Source: Candidatus Eiseniibacteriota bacterium (lineage in GTDB: Bacteria; Eisenbacteria; RBG-16-71-46; SZUA-252). From it: a DNA stretch of 62,693 bases. Below are positions 7,216-16,902 of the stretch, piece by piece. Both the position numbers and the translations under genes were made by a program. Under the pieces are notes generated by a model that was not told the DNA's origin, searched no databases, and worked only from the letters and a program-made list of their open reading frames with translations. Every line of letters starts with the position of its first letter. Within the stretch, counting starts at the first letter, position 1. The DNA lies in contig DASXQO010000230.1 in assembly GCA_036507115.1 (NCBI GenBank), forward strand, positions 1 through 62,693. Reading direction: 5' to 3'.

Positions 7216-8211
7216 GTGAGATGCGGCCCAGGGGGACTTGTCCCCTTCGGGCTCTCTGCGTTCGCGCGGCTCGCGCGGATCCCGATGCTCGCGCCCCTCA
7301 CGCACTTCCCGGGTCTCCTCGTGCGGTCCCCGGCCCCCCGGCTGGCCCGGTCCACGCCCTCCGCCTCCGCGCGAGCGGCGACCGCGGCCGCCCCTGCGTC
7401 TGCGGCGCCTGTGATCCTGCCGGTCGTCCCGCACGATTTTTTCGAAGTGGAGGAGCGCGTCCCGCGCGGCCTCCTGCTCCGCTTCCTTCTTGTTGCTTCC
7501 ATGCCCCCGGCCGAGGACTTTCTGATTCACGACCACTTCGACCGTGAACACCTTCTCGTGGTCGGGTCCGAGCTCACTCGAGATCCGGTATTGCGGGTGC
7601 GTCTTGAATTCACCCTGCACGTATTCTTGCAGCATGCTCTTGTAGTTCGCGAGATTCGCGTCGCTCAGGATCTCGTGCACCTGGCGCAGAAGCAGCCTTT
7701 CGGTCAATCGCCGCGCCGGCTCGAGGCCTCCATCCAGGTACACGGCGCCGATCACGCCTTCCAGCGTGTCAGCGAGGATGGACGCGCGGTCCCGCCCGCC
7801 GGAGCCGGTCTCCGCTTCGCTGAGCAGGATGTAATCGCCCAGACCCATCAGCTTCGCCGTCCGCGAGAGGATCACGCGGCTCACGAGGAGCGATTTCATC
7901 TTCGTCAACTCCCCTTCGCGAAGCGACGTGAACTTGCGGTAGAGAAATTCGTTCACGACGAGTCCGACGACCGAGTCCCCCAGAAACTCCATCCGCTCGT
8001 TCGATTCTCCGCCTCCCTTGTCGCCTCCCTTGTCCGGAAGCGAGTGGAGGTAGGAGCGGTGGGTCAGCGCCTGGCGCGCCAGCTCGGGGTCACGGAATTT
8101 GTAGTGCACGATGGCTTCGAATCCGCGGAGATCGAAATCAGGGACGCCGGCGCGCGGAAGCCGCGGCTCCGGTGCCTTGTCCAGCCCGAACAGCTTTCTC
8201 AATAATTTCAC
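7198..8211 (-). CDS. rnc: Ribonuclease III with a 79-aa Arg/Gly-rich C-terminal tail
   Basis: QALTHRSY, NERMEFLGDS signature, and a dsRBD (KSMLQEYVQG...GSNKKEAEQEAARDAL). These are followed by RDDRQDHRRRRRRGGRGRRSRGGGGRGPGQPGGRG... Confidence 0.9.
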   Translation of the reverse strand: MKLLRKLFGLDKAPEPRLPRAGVPDFDLRGFEAIVHYKFRDPELARQALTHRSYLHSLPDKGGDKGGGESNERMEFLGDSVVGLVVNEFLYRKFTSLREGELTKMKSLLVSRVILSRTAKLMGLGDYILLSEAETGSGGRDRASILADTLEGVIGAVYLDGGLEPARRLTERLLLRQVHEILSDANLANYKSMLQEYVQGEFKTHPQYRISSELGPDHEKVFTVEVVVNQKVLGRGHGSNKKEAEQEAARDALLHFEKIVRDDRQDHRRRRRRGGRGRRSRGGGGRGPGQPGGRGPHEETREVREGREHRDPREPRERREPEGDKSPWAASHLQSEP

Positions 8212-8225
8212 GGTTGTCGGGATCC

Positions 8226-9497
8226 CTAGGGACCCTCCGATGCCATGGGTCTCGATAACGCCAGGGTGACGTTGTGCCCGCCAAAGCCCAGTGAGTTGGA
8301 GAGGGCCGCCCGCACTTCGACCTTTCGCGCGGTGTTGGGGACGTAATCGAGATCGCAGTCGGGGTCGGGGTTCTCGTAGTTGATGGTGGGAGGGAGAATC
8401 TGCCGCTCGAGTGCTAAGACGCAGATAATCGTCTCCAGTCCCCCTGCGGCTCCGAGCAGGTGTCCCGTCATCGACTTCGTCGAGCTGACGGCCACACGCG
8501 GCGCATGAGCCCCGAATACCGACTTGATGGCTTGGGTTTCAAATTTGTCGTTGAGTGGCGTGGATGTGCCGTGGGCGTTCACGTAGCCGAACTCCGTCAC
8601 CGGCAGTCCGGAATCGTTCATGGCCGCCCGCATGGCCCGCGCTGCGCCCTCACCCTCGGGGGCAGGTGCGGTCATATGATGCGCATCCGCCGTGGCTCCG
8701 TAACCGACGACCTCGGCCAGGATCGTGGCACCGCGCTTCTTCGCGTGCTCGAGCTCTTCGAGGATTACGATTCCCGCGCCCTCCCCCATCACGAAACCGT
8801 CGCGCTGGGAGTCGAAGGGCCGGGAGGCCCTGGTGGGATCGTCGTTACGGGTGGACATCGCCTTCATGGAGCAGAATCCCGCGAAGGAGACGGGAGTCAC
8901 CGGCGCTTCGGCGCCCCCCGCGATCATGACGTCCGCTTCGGAGTTCTGGATGATCCGGAACGCCTCGCCGACCGCGTGCGCTCCCGAGGAGCATGCCGAC
9001 ACGGTGCAGTAGTTGGGGCCCTTGGCGCCGAACAGGATCGACACCTGACCCGAGGCCATGTCCGAGATCATCATGGGGATGAAGAAGGGGCTGACGCGGT
9101 TCGGACCCTTCTCGAGAAGGGTGCGATGCTGGTCCTCGAACGTCGAGATCCCGCCGATCCCCGATCCGACGATCACGCCCATCCGGATCGGATCCACGCT
9201 GCCCTGCACCTTGGACTGGTCCAGCGCCTGCTTGGACGCGGCGACCGCGAACTGCACGAAGAGGTCCGTGCGGCGGATGTCCTTCCGGTCCATGAAGTCT
9301 TCCGGCTTGAATCCGCGCGCCTCGCCGGCGAATCGCGTATCGTACCCCGTCGCGTCGAAGCGCGTCACCGGGCCGATCCCGGATTCACCCGCGATCAACC
9401 GCTTCCAGAATTCCTCGACGGTGTTCCCGAGCGGGCAGATGACCCCCTGCCCGGTCACGACCACACGGCGAGGACTCCCATTTCTCCGATACGTCAC
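8226..9497 (-). CDS. fabF: 3-oxoacyl-ACP synthase II
   Basis: [16 protein letters not shown], active-site context [23 protein letters not shown] and GHLLGAAG motifs. Sits in a fab cluster. Confidence 0.95.
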   Translation of the reverse strand: MTYRRNGSPRRVVVTGQGVICPLGNTVEEFWKRLIAGESGIGPVTRFDATGYDTRFAGEARGFKPEDFMDRKDIRRTDLFVQFAVAASKQALDQSKVQGSVDPIRMGVIVGSGIGGISTFEDQHRTLLEKGPNRVSPFFIPMMISDMASGQVSILFGAKGPNYCTVSACSSGAHAVGEAFRIIQNSEADVMIAGGAEAPVTPVSFAGFCSMKAMSTRNDDPTRASRPFDSQRDGFVMGEGAGIVILEELEHAKKRGATILAEVVGYGATADAHHMTAPAPEGEGAARAMRAAMNDSGLPVTEFGYVNAHGTSTPLNDKFETQAIKSVFGAHAPRVAVSSTKSMTGHLLGAAGGLETIICVLALERQILPPTINYENPDPDCDLDYVPNTARKVEVRAALSNSLGFGGHNVTLALSRPMASEGP

Positions 9498-9565
9498 GAA
9501 CGTTCTCTCGATTTCTTCGCCTGTGCTCCAACCGCGGGACGCGACGCGTCCGACGCGGCGCCGAA

Positions 9566-9814
9566 TCAGGCGTTCTTCGGCACGTGCGATTCCAGATACT
9601 TGATGGCATCAGCCACCGTGGTCATCTTCTCGGCGTCCTCGTCCGGAATTTCGATGTCGAATTCCTCCTCGAGGGCCATGACGAGCTCCACGGTGTCGAG
9701 CGAGTCCGCTCCGAGATCGTCGATGAACGAGGCTTCCGGCGTGACCTGCTCCGGCGCGACGCCAAGCTGATCGACGATGATCTGCTTGACCCGATCTTCA
9801 CTGAATGAGGCCAT
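9566..9814 (-). CDS. acpP: Acyl carrier protein
   Basis: [19 protein letters not shown] (DSL phosphopantetheine site). I prefer ATG 9814 (MASFSEDRV) because GGGAGGTG lies just upstream. The tracked start 9826 is a GTG inside that SD. Confidence 0.9.
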   Translation of the reverse strand: MASFSEDRVKQIIVDQLGVAPEQVTPEASFIDDLGADSLDTVELVMALEEEFDIEIPDEDAEKMTTVADAIKYLESHVPKNA

Positions 9815-9862
9815 TCCCTGCTTCACCTCCCTTGTGGATCCCCGTTCGGGAATCCGACCGTT

Positions 9863-10615
9863 TCACATCCTCATACCGCCGTCGACGGACAGCACCTGGC
9901 CGGTGACGTAGCCGGCCTCCTCCGAGCACAGAAACGCCACCGCGTGGGCCACGTCCTGGGGGGTCCCCAGGCGTCCGAGCGGAATCTGCGCTTGAAGGGC
10001 GCTCCGTACCTTCTCGTCCAGCTCGGCCGTCATCGCCGTTTCGATGAATCCCGGAGCGACCGCATTCACCGTAATATGGCGCGATGCCAGCTCCTTCGCA
10101 ACGGCCTTCGTGAGACCCACCAATCCCGCTTTGGAGGCGACATAGTTCGCCTGCCCCGGGTTGCCGATGAGGCCGACCACCGAACTAACGTTCACGATGC
10201 GTCCCCACCGCTGTTTCATCATAGGCCGGGTGAACGCGCGGATGCAGAGAAAGCTTCCTTTCAGATTCGTGTTGAGCACCTGGTCCCATTCCTCCTCGCT
10301 CATGCGCATGACCAGGTTGTCCCGCGTGATTCCGGCGTTGTTCACGAGGATGTCCGCGCTGCCGAAGGCCTCGAGCGTCTTCTTGCAGAGCGCGTCCGCG
10401 TCGCCCGGCTTTCCCACATCCCCCGCGGCCCAGATCGCCTCTCCCCCTTCGGAGCGGATCTCGGCGCACGCCTTCTCGAGCGCCGCGGAATCCCGACCCG
10501 AGAGGACGACCTTGGCGCCCCCACACGCGAGCCGCGACGCCACCGCGCGGCCGATTCCCTTACCACCCCCCGTCACGACCGCGACGCGGTTCCGGAATCC
10601 GGTATCCGGCGTCAC
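9863..10615 (-). CDS. fabG: 3-oxoacyl-ACP reductase
   Basis: SDR motifs VTGGGKGIGRA, NNAG, and YVASKAGLVGLTK. Position between fabD and acpP. Confidence 0.95.
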   Translation of the reverse strand: MTPDTGFRNRVAVVTGGGKGIGRAVASRLACGGAKVVLSGRDSAALEKACAEIRSEGGEAIWAAGDVGKPGDADALCKKTLEAFGSADILVNNAGITRDNLVMRMSEEEWDQVLNTNLKGSFLCIRAFTRPMMKQRWGRIVNVSSVVGLIGNPGQANYVASKAGLVGLTKAVAKELASRHITVNAVAPGFIETAMTAELDEKVRSALQAQIPLGRLGTPQDVAHAVAFLCSEEAGYVTGQVLSVDGGMRM

Positions 10616-11556
10616 GCCGCCAGCTCTTGAAGCGCCTGCATCGTGGCCTCGGCCGACTCCGGGTCCTCGCTGCCGAAGAGCGATACGTCCCGGTCCACGC
10701 TCTTCACGAGCCCACGCAGCACCCGTCCCTGCCCGACCTCCACGAACCGCCGCACGCCGTCTTCCAGGAGATTGCGCACGGTCTGCTCCCAGAGCACCGG
10801 TTTCAGGAGCTGCTCCTTGAGGGTGGTGCGGATCTCGTCCGGGGACTGGACCGGGCGCGCGGTGACGTTCGCGTAGATCGGAAACCGGGCCGGCCGAATC
10901 TCCACCTTATCGAGTGCCTCGGCCAAGCCGCGCGCCGCGCTTTCCATCAACGGGGAATGGAACGCGGCGCTCACTTGTAACGGGACGACCTTCTTGGCAC
11001 CCGCCTTCCGGGCCTCCTCCGAGGCGCGTTCGAGCGCCTCGGGAGTCCCCGAGAGCACGATCTGCCCCGGCGAGTTATAATTCGCCGCGGCGAGATCGCG
11101 CGGAGCCCCGACCGTCGCCAGAACCTTTTCGATGGCGGAGGCCTCGAGGCCGAGCACCGCGACCATGGACCCCGGCCGCTCCTTCCCGGCATTCGCCATC
11201 AGCTCGCCGCGGCGGCGGATGAGCGTGAGGCCGTCCTCGAAGGAGAGCGAGCCCGCCGCGACGTGCGCCGCGAACTCCCCCGCGCTGTGCCCCGCGCCCG
11301 CCGAGGCGTGCACGCCGCGGCGCTCGAGCACCCGCGCCGCAGCGACGCTCGTCACGAGAAGCGCGGGCTGCGTGTTCGAGGTCGCGGTGAGCTCCTCCAG
11401 AGGTCCCTCGAAGCAAAGTCTTGTGATCGGCACCTCCAGCACCCGGTCGGCGCGCTCGAACACTTCGCGCGCCTCCGGAAACCGCTCCGCAAGCGCTTTA
11501 CCCATGCCGACCGCCTGCGAGCCCTGACCCGGGAAGAGAAACGCGATCCGGTTCAC
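10612..11556 (-). CDS. fabD: Malonyl-CoA:ACP transacylase
   Basis: 314-aa C-terminal part of tracked ORF 10612..12438. FLFPGQGSQAVGMG and GHSAGEFAA motifs. GTG 11556 overlaps the fabH stop (GTGA). Confidence 0.9.
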   Translation of the reverse strand: MNRIAFLFPGQGSQAVGMGKALAERFPEAREVFERADRVLEVPITRLCFEGPLEELTATSNTQPALLVTSVAAARVLERRGVHASAGAGHSAGEFAAHVAAGSLSFEDGLTLIRRRGELMANAGKERPGSMVAVLGLEASAIEKVLATVGAPRDLAAANYNSPGQIVLSGTPEALERASEEARKAGAKKVVPLQVSAAFHSPLMESAARGLAEALDKVEIRPARFPIYANVTARPVQSPDEIRTTLKEQLLKPVLWEQTVRNLLEDGVRRFVEVGQGRVLRGLVKSVDRDVSLFGSEDPESAEATMQALQELAA

Positions 11557-12557
11557 CAGCGCACCACCGACGCCGCCCACGTGAAGCCGCCGCCGAAGGT
11601 GACCATTTCCACGAGGTCGCCGGGTTTGAGCCTTCCTATCCGCTTCGCCTCGTCGAGCGCGAGCGGGATCGACGCGGAGGAGGTGTTGCCGTACCGGTCC
11701 AGGTTCACGAAGACCTTCTCCATGGGCAGGCCCAAGCGCCTCGCCGTCGCGTCGATGATGCGGTAGTTCGCCTGGTGCGGGACGAGGAGATCGAGCTCCT
11801 CCGGCTTGTGCCCCGCGGCTTCGAGCGCTTCGCAGGCCACCGATTCCATCGCGCGGACCGCGTACTTGAACACGTCGTTTCCGCTCATGCGGATGTAATG
11901 GAGCCGCCGGTCGACCGTCTCGTGGGAGGATGGGTACAGCGAGCCGCCGCCGGGCATCTCGAGCAGGTTCGTGAGCGATCCATCGCTGTGGAGCCTCGTC
12001 GAGAGGATTCCGCCGGGCTGCCCCGTGGAGCGCAGCACCACCGCCCCCGCCGCGTCGCCGAACAGCACGCAGGTGTTGCGGTCGGTCCAATCCACGATCT
12101 TGGACAGCGTCTCGACGCCGACGACGAGCACGGTTTCCGCCACATGCGCCGCGATCTGTGTCCGCGCCAGCGAAAGCGCGTAGAGGAATCCGGAGCAGGC
12201 CGCGGCGATGTCGAACGCGTAGGCCGAGGTGGCCCCGAGCCGGTCCTGGACGAGGCATGCCGTCGAGGGAAACGGCCGGTCCCCGGTCACCGTCCCCACG
12301 ATGATCTGGTCGAGGCTTCGGCCTTCGACGCCGGCGTCCCGGAGGGCGCGGCGGGCCGCTTCCGTCGCGAGCACGGAGGCGGGCGTTTCCGGATCGGCGA
12401 TCCGACGCTCCTTGATTCCGGTTCGCGTCGTGATCCACTCGTCCGAGGTGTCCACGATCTGCTCGAGATCCTTGTTCGTGAGCACGCGATCCGGCGTGCA
12501 GGAGCCGACCCCGATGATGTGGACGTCACGCGCCGGAGCGATCATGACCCTTCGCAC
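11553..12557 (-). CDS. fabH: 3-oxoacyl-ACP synthase III
   Basis: IIGVGSCTPDRVLTNKDLEQIVDTSDEWITTRTGIKERR, AAACSGFLYAL, HQANYRII and GNTSSASIP. The start could be the ATG 4 codons downstream. Confidence 0.95.
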   Translation of the reverse strand: MRRVMIAPARDVHIIGVGSCTPDRVLTNKDLEQIVDTSDEWITTRTGIKERRIADPETPASVLATEAARRALRDAGVEGRSLDQIIVGTVTGDRPFPSTACLVQDRLGATSAYAFDIAAACSGFLYALSLARTQIAAHVAETVLVVGVETLSKIVDWTDRNTCVLFGDAAGAVVLRSTGQPGGILSTRLHSDGSLTNLLEMPGGGSLYPSSHETVDRRLHYIRMSGNDVFKYAVRAMESVACEALEAAGHKPEELDLLVPHQANYRIIDATARRLGLPMEKVFVNLDRYGNTSSASIPLALDEAKRIGRLKPGDLVEMVTFGGGFTWAASVVRW

Positions 12558-12564
12558 CCGCCGG

Positions 12565-13596
12565 TCATGCGGCCTCCGGAGCCAGCCGTTGCAGGTCCTC
12601 GCGGATGAAATCGGCGACGCGCGCCTCGGCGCATCGCGCGGCGGCGCGGATGGCGTTCTTGATCGCGCGCGCGTTGGAGCGGCCGTGCGCGATGATGCAG
12701 GTCCCGTCCACGCCCAGGAGCGGCGCTCCGCCGACCTCCGCGTAGTCCATACGCCGCTTCAACCTTCGAAACGCGGGTTTGAGCAGCAGTCCCGCGAGCA
12801 TGCTCAGAGGATCGCTTCGGATTTCGTCCCGGATCATGTTCCCCACGCTTGGGATCACGCTCTCCGCGAACTTGAGGAGAACGTTCCCGACAAACCCGTC
12901 GCACACGACGACGTCTGCGGTGCCGAGGATGATGTCGCGCCCCTCGACGTTTCCGACGAAGTGGACCGGGCTCTGCTTCAAGAGCTGGTGCGCCTCGTAG
13001 TAGAGCTCGCTCCCCTTCTCCGCTTCCTCGCCGATGTTCAAGAGCCCGACGCGCGGACGCTCGACGTGGAGCACGAGCCTGGCGTAGATGCTGCCCATCA
13101 TGGCGAATTGGGAGAGGTGGAAGGGCTTGCAATCCGAGGTGGCGCCGACATCCAGGATGACGACGTTGCCCTGCGGGGTGGGAAGCACCGTGGCGATCGC
13201 GGGCCGCTGCACCGACTCGATCCGCCCCAGGCCGAAGAGGGCCGCCGCCACCACCGCGCCCGTATTTCCGGCGGACACCATGGCCGACGTGCGGCGCTCC
13301 TTCTGGAGGCGCGCGGCGATGTTGATCGACGAGTCCTTCTTCTTCCGCACCGAAGTCGCCGCCGATTCCCCCATCTCCACGCGCTCGGAGGCGTGGATCA
13401 CGGGGGGAAGCTGCGGCGCCACGTGAAGGCGGCCTGCCTCATCGCGGATGAGCGCTTCGTCCCCGATGAGCACGACCTCGAAGGCGCCCGCCGACTCGCG
13501 AATCGCTTCGATGGCGCCCTGGATGACCACGCCGGGGGCGAGGTCGCCACCCATGGCGTCCACTCCGATGACCGGACGTCCGGCTCGATCGCTCAC
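12565..13596 (-). CDS. plsX: Phosphate acyltransferase
   Basis: VIGVDAMGGDLAP, SAGNTGA, and GAPLLGVDG..IIAHGRS motifs. Canonical position after rpmF. Confidence 0.95.
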   Translation of the reverse strand: MSDRAGRPVIGVDAMGGDLAPGVVIQGAIEAIRESAGAFEVVLIGDEALIRDEAGRLHVAPQLPPVIHASERVEMGESAATSVRKKKDSSINIAARLQKERRTSAMVSAGNTGAVVAAALFGLGRIESVQRPAIATVLPTPQGNVVILDVGATSDCKPFHLSQFAMMGSIYARLVLHVERPRVGLLNIGEEAEKGSELYYEAHQLLKQSPVHFVGNVEGRDIILGTADVVVCDGFVGNVLLKFAESVIPSVGNMIRDEIRSDPLSMLAGLLLKPAFRRLKRRMDYAEVGGAPLLGVDGTCIIAHGRSNARAIKNAIRAAARCAEARVADFIREDLQRLAPEAA

Positions 13597-13615
13597 CGTA
13601 GCCCCGTATCCGCCC

Positions 13616-13807
13616 TTACGTGCTCTTCTGCGCCTCCTGCGAGATCACTTCTTCGCCCGCGTAGTAGCCGCAGTGCCCGCACACGCGGTGCGGAAGCTTC
13701 GGCTGGCTGCAGTGAGGGCAAAGCGACCGGGACGGCATCGCGAGTTTCCAGTGCGTGCGGCGCTTCTTGCCGCGTGTGCTCGAATGTCTTCTCTTCGGTA
13801 CCGCCAT
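13616..13807 (-). CDS. rpmF: 50S ribosomal protein L32
   Basis: [22 protein letters not shown]...[20 protein letters not shown]. Confidence 0.95.
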   Translation of the reverse strand: MAVPKRRHSSTRGKKRRTHWKLAMPSRSLCPHCSQPKLPHRVCGHCGYYAGEEVISQEAQKST

Positions 13808-13867
13808 CGTTCCACATTCCCTTCGTTGGGTTCCGCCGGGGTGCGCGAATCGCGGACCGCCTGTCGC

Positions 13868-14350
13868 TCAGCCCGTGGCCGCGCCGACGCAGCGGCACGC
13901 CCCGAGGTTTCGGTCCTCGCCGCAACGCGGGCAAAGACCCGCGCATGCATCCCGGCAAAGCGGCCTCATGGGAAGCCCTAGCAGCACTGCCTCCCTGATC
14001 TCGCTGTCGATGGAGAGCACGTGGCCGTCGTGGAAATGGACCCCCCCGTCCTCTTCATCCAGGGCCTTTGGGCTCATCGTGCGGGCGGACGGCAACTTAG
14101 CACAGAACAGCTCGAACTCCAATTCGAGAATTTGGGAAAAGTCGACCAGACAGCGGCTACATTGTTGCAGGGCAATGGCATAGATCGTTCCGCGGATCCA
14201 GATCTCGTCCCCGCGGCGATCCAGGCTAAGTCCAATACGGAGCGGGCCTTCAATGGCCACGTCCTGGGCCGTGATCCCGACCGACTCCCGCGGAACCTCG
14301 ATCGCAAACCGGGTCTGGCCCTGTTCGATCTCGTGAAGTTTGAGTTCCAT
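13868..14350 (-). CDS. yceD: YceD/DUF177 family protein
   Basis: 160 aa directly upstream of rpmF. CSRCL...CRDACAGLCPRCG cysteine pattern typical of DUF177. Confidence 0.8.
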   Translation of the reverse strand: MELKLHEIEQGQTRFAIEVPRESVGITAQDVAIEGPLRIGLSLDRRGDEIWIRGTIYAIALQQCSRCLVDFSQILELEFELFCAKLPSARTMSPKALDEEDGGVHFHDGHVLSIDSEIREAVLLGLPMRPLCRDACAGLCPRCGEDRNLGACRCVGAATG

Positions 14351-14363
14351 GGCTCTCTTTAGA

Positions 14364-14780
14364 TTACCGGCGGGCCGAACCGTCTCCGAAGAAGAATTCG
14401 ATCTCCGCGTGCGCGGATTCGGGGGAGTCGGACGCGTGGACCGCGTTCCTGCCCTTGCTCTCGGCGTGGAGCGCCCGGATGGTGCCCGGCCTGGCCTCCT
14501 TGGGGTCGGTGGCTCCGATGAGATCGCGCAGCTTCTCGACCGCGTTTCCGCGGTGGAGCCGGCAGGGAATCGCCGGTCCCGACGACATGAAGGCGACCAG
14601 CTCCTCGAGGAAGGGCTTCCCTTCGTGTACCGCGTAGAAGAGCCGGGCCTCCTGGGGCGTCAGCCGCACGAAGCGCATGTCGAGGATCTCGAATCCGGCC
14701 CGCTCCACCTCGGCCAGGATGGCGCCGACCTTGTGCGCCTGGACGGCGTCCGGCTTGATCATGAAGAGCGTCTCGTCCAC
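14364..14780 (-). CDS. ndk: Nucleoside diphosphate kinase
   Basis: 138-aa C-terminal part of tracked ORF 14364..15284. ETLFMIKPDAV, YAVHEGKPFLEELVAFMSSGP, and NAVHASDS (catalytic His). GTG 14780 lies 5 nt after the sucD stop. Confidence 0.9.
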   Translation of the reverse strand: MDETLFMIKPDAVQAHKVGAILAEVERAGFEILDMRFVRLTPQEARLFYAVHEGKPFLEELVAFMSSGPAIPCRLHRGNAVEKLRDLIGATDPKEARPGTIRALHAESKGRNAVHASDSPESAHAEIEFFFGDGSARR

Positions 14781-14785
14781 GCGGA

Positions 14786-15769
14786 TCAGGAGCGGCCGCG
14801 CCGCCGCGCGGGGCTCGCCTTCTTCGGCTTGCCGCGGCGCGTGACTTTGGATCCCGCCTTCCGCTTCGGCCGGAGCAGCGTGAGTTTCGATTTCCGCTTC
14901 GCGCGGAGCGCGTTCGCGATGAGAACCGGGATTTCGGAGGGCGTTCTCGCGACCGGGATGCCGGCGTCCTGAAAGCGCGCCATCTTTTCCTGCGCGGTCC
15001 CCGATCCTCCGGAGACGATGGCGCCCGCGTGTCCCATGCGCTTTCCAGGGGGTGCGGTCTGGCCCGCGACGAACGCCACGACCGGCTTCCGGATCGAGCG
15101 GCGGATCAGGAGCGCTGCGTCCTCCTCGTCGCTCCCGCCGATCTCCCCAATGAGCACGATCGCGGAGGTGGCAGGGTCCTGCTCGTAGAGGGCGAGCATG
15201 TCGGCGAAACGGGTACCCACGATCGGGTCGCCGCCGATGCCGATGCAGGTGGATTGGCCGAGGCCCGCCCGCGTGAGCTGCCACACGACCTCATAGGTGA
15301 GCGTTCCGCTGCGGCTCACCACCCCTACCTTGCCCGGCTTCACGATCGTGCCCGGCATGATGCCGACCTTGCACAAACCCGGCGAAATGAGCCCGGGGCA
15401 ATTCGGGCCGACCAGCCTCGCGTGGCGGCCGCGCATGTAGGCGGCCACCTCCACCATGTCCCGCACCGGGATCCCTTCGCTGATGCAGACCACGAGCGGG
15501 ATGCCGGAGTCGACCGCTTCGTAGATCGCGTCCTGGGCGAGTGCCGCGGGGACGTAGATGACCGAGCAGTTGGCGCCCGTCTTCGTGACGGCCTCCTCGA
15601 CCGAATCGAAGACCGGGACCGAATGCACCTTCTCGCCCCCCTTGCCGGGTGTGACGCCCGCGACCACCTGGGTGCCGTAGTCGAGCATCCCGCGCGTATG
15701 GAAGGAGCCGTCCCGCCCGGTGATCCCCTGCACCACGACCCGCGTCGTCCGCCCGACGAGGACGCTCAC
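14786..15769 (-). CDS. sucD: Succinyl-CoA synthetase alpha subunit with a 36-aa Lys/Arg-rich C-terminal tail
   Basis: [24 protein letters not shown], and MGHAGAI (phosphohistidine loop). GTG 15769 overlaps the sucC stop (GTGA). Tail sequence [36 protein letters not shown]. Confidence 0.9.
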   Translation of the reverse strand: MSVLVGRTTRVVVQGITGRDGSFHTRGMLDYGTQVVAGVTPGKGGEKVHSVPVFDSVEEAVTKTGANCSVIYVPAALAQDAIYEAVDSGIPLVVCISEGIPVRDMVEVAAYMRGRHARLVGPNCPGLISPGLCKVGIMPGTIVKPGKVGVVSRSGTLTYEVVWQLTRAGLGQSTCIGIGGDPIVGTRFADMLALYEQDPATSAIVLIGEIGGSDEEDAALLIRRSIRKPVVAFVAGQTAPPGKRMGHAGAIVSGGSGTAQEKMARFQDAGIPVARTPSEIPVLIANALRAKRKSKLTLLRPKRKAGSKVTRRGKPKKASPARRRGRS

Positions 15770-16902
15770 GCCGCCTCCGCCGCCCGGGCGATCACCGCCC
15801 GCACCGCTTCGTCCATGTCGCTCAGCGCGATGAGACCACGCTGGCCCAGAAGCTCGCGCGCTTCCTTTTCGTTCGTCCCGGTGAGCCGGATCACGATCGG
15901 GATCCGCACCCGCGACCGGTCGAGTGCCGTGAGGAGCCCCCGCGCCACGTCGTCGCATCGGGTGATGCCGCCGAAGATGTTGAAGAGCACCGCCCGCACG
16001 CGGGGATCCTTGGTGAGGATGCTCATCGCGGCCCCGACCTTGTCCGGGTTCGAGGATCCGCCGATGTCGAGGAAGTTCGCGGGCTTTCCGCCGTGGAACT
16101 GGATCAGGTCCATCGTCGCCATCGCGAGCCCCGCCCCGTTCACGACGCATCCGATCGATCCATCGAGCTTCACGTACGAGAGGCCGCGCTCGCGGGCTTC
16201 GATCTCGCCCGGGTCCTCGGCGGAGAGGTCGCGCCACGCGGCGAGATCCGGGTGGCGCTCCAGCGCGTTGTCGTCGAGCACGATCTTGGCGTCGAGAGCC
16301 AGCACCTCTCCCTGCTTCGTCACGGCGAGCGGATTGATTTCCGCGAGAGAGGCGTCCCGCTCCCGGTACACCCGCTCGAGCCGACGGAGGATCGGGACGA
16401 TCTGTTTCTGTACGGCAGCATTCGGGTCCAGGAAGCGGGCGCACGCACGGGCGCGGTAGGCCGGAAGCCCGCGGAGGTCGATCGGAATCTTCAAAATCTT
16501 CTCCGGCGTCGAGCGCGCGACCTCTTCGATCTCGACGCCGCCCGAGGGGCTCACCATGAGAATCGGGGCCTCGATCCTTCGATCGAGCACCATCCCCGCG
16601 TAGTACTCGCGCGCGATGTCGGCCGAAGGGGTGACGAGCACCCGGCTCACACGGTGTCCCCGTATCTCCATCCCGAGGATGCGCGCGGCCTCGCGCGAGA
16701 GCTCCTCCGGGCCGCGCACCACCTTGACTCCCCCGGCCTTGCCGCGTCCTCCGATCAGGATCTGGGCCTTGAGGACCACCGGATATCCGAACCGCGCGGC
16801 CAGGGCGAGCGCGTCCTCGGTGCTTCCGGCCACGTCCCCCGGAGGGACCGGGATGCCCGCCGCGCGGAAGAGATCCTTCGACTGATACTCGTGCAGGTTC
16901 AC
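15766..16902 (-). CDS. sucC: Succinyl-CoA synthetase beta subunit
   Basis: [12 protein letters not shown] start, ATP-grasp region, and [18 protein letters not shown] 16902 overlaps the upstream stop (GTGA). Confidence 0.9.
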   Translation of the reverse strand: MNLHEYQSKDLFRAAGIPVPPGDVAGSTEDALALAARFGYPVVLKAQILIGGRGKAGGVKVVRGPEELSREAARILGMEIRGHRVSRVLVTPSADIAREYYAGMVLDRRIEAPILMVSPSGGVEIEEVARSTPEKILKIPIDLRGLPAYRARACARFLDPNAAVQKQIVPILRRLERVYRERDASLAEINPLAVTKQGEVLALDAKIVLDDNALERHPDLAAWRDLSAEDPGEIEARERGLSYVKLDGSIGCVVNGAGLAMATMDLIQFHGGKPANFLDIGGSSNPDKVGAAMSILTKDPRVRAVLFNIFGGITRCDDVARGLLTALDRSRVRIPIVIRLTGTNEKEARELLGQRGLIALSDMDEAVRAVIARAAEAA

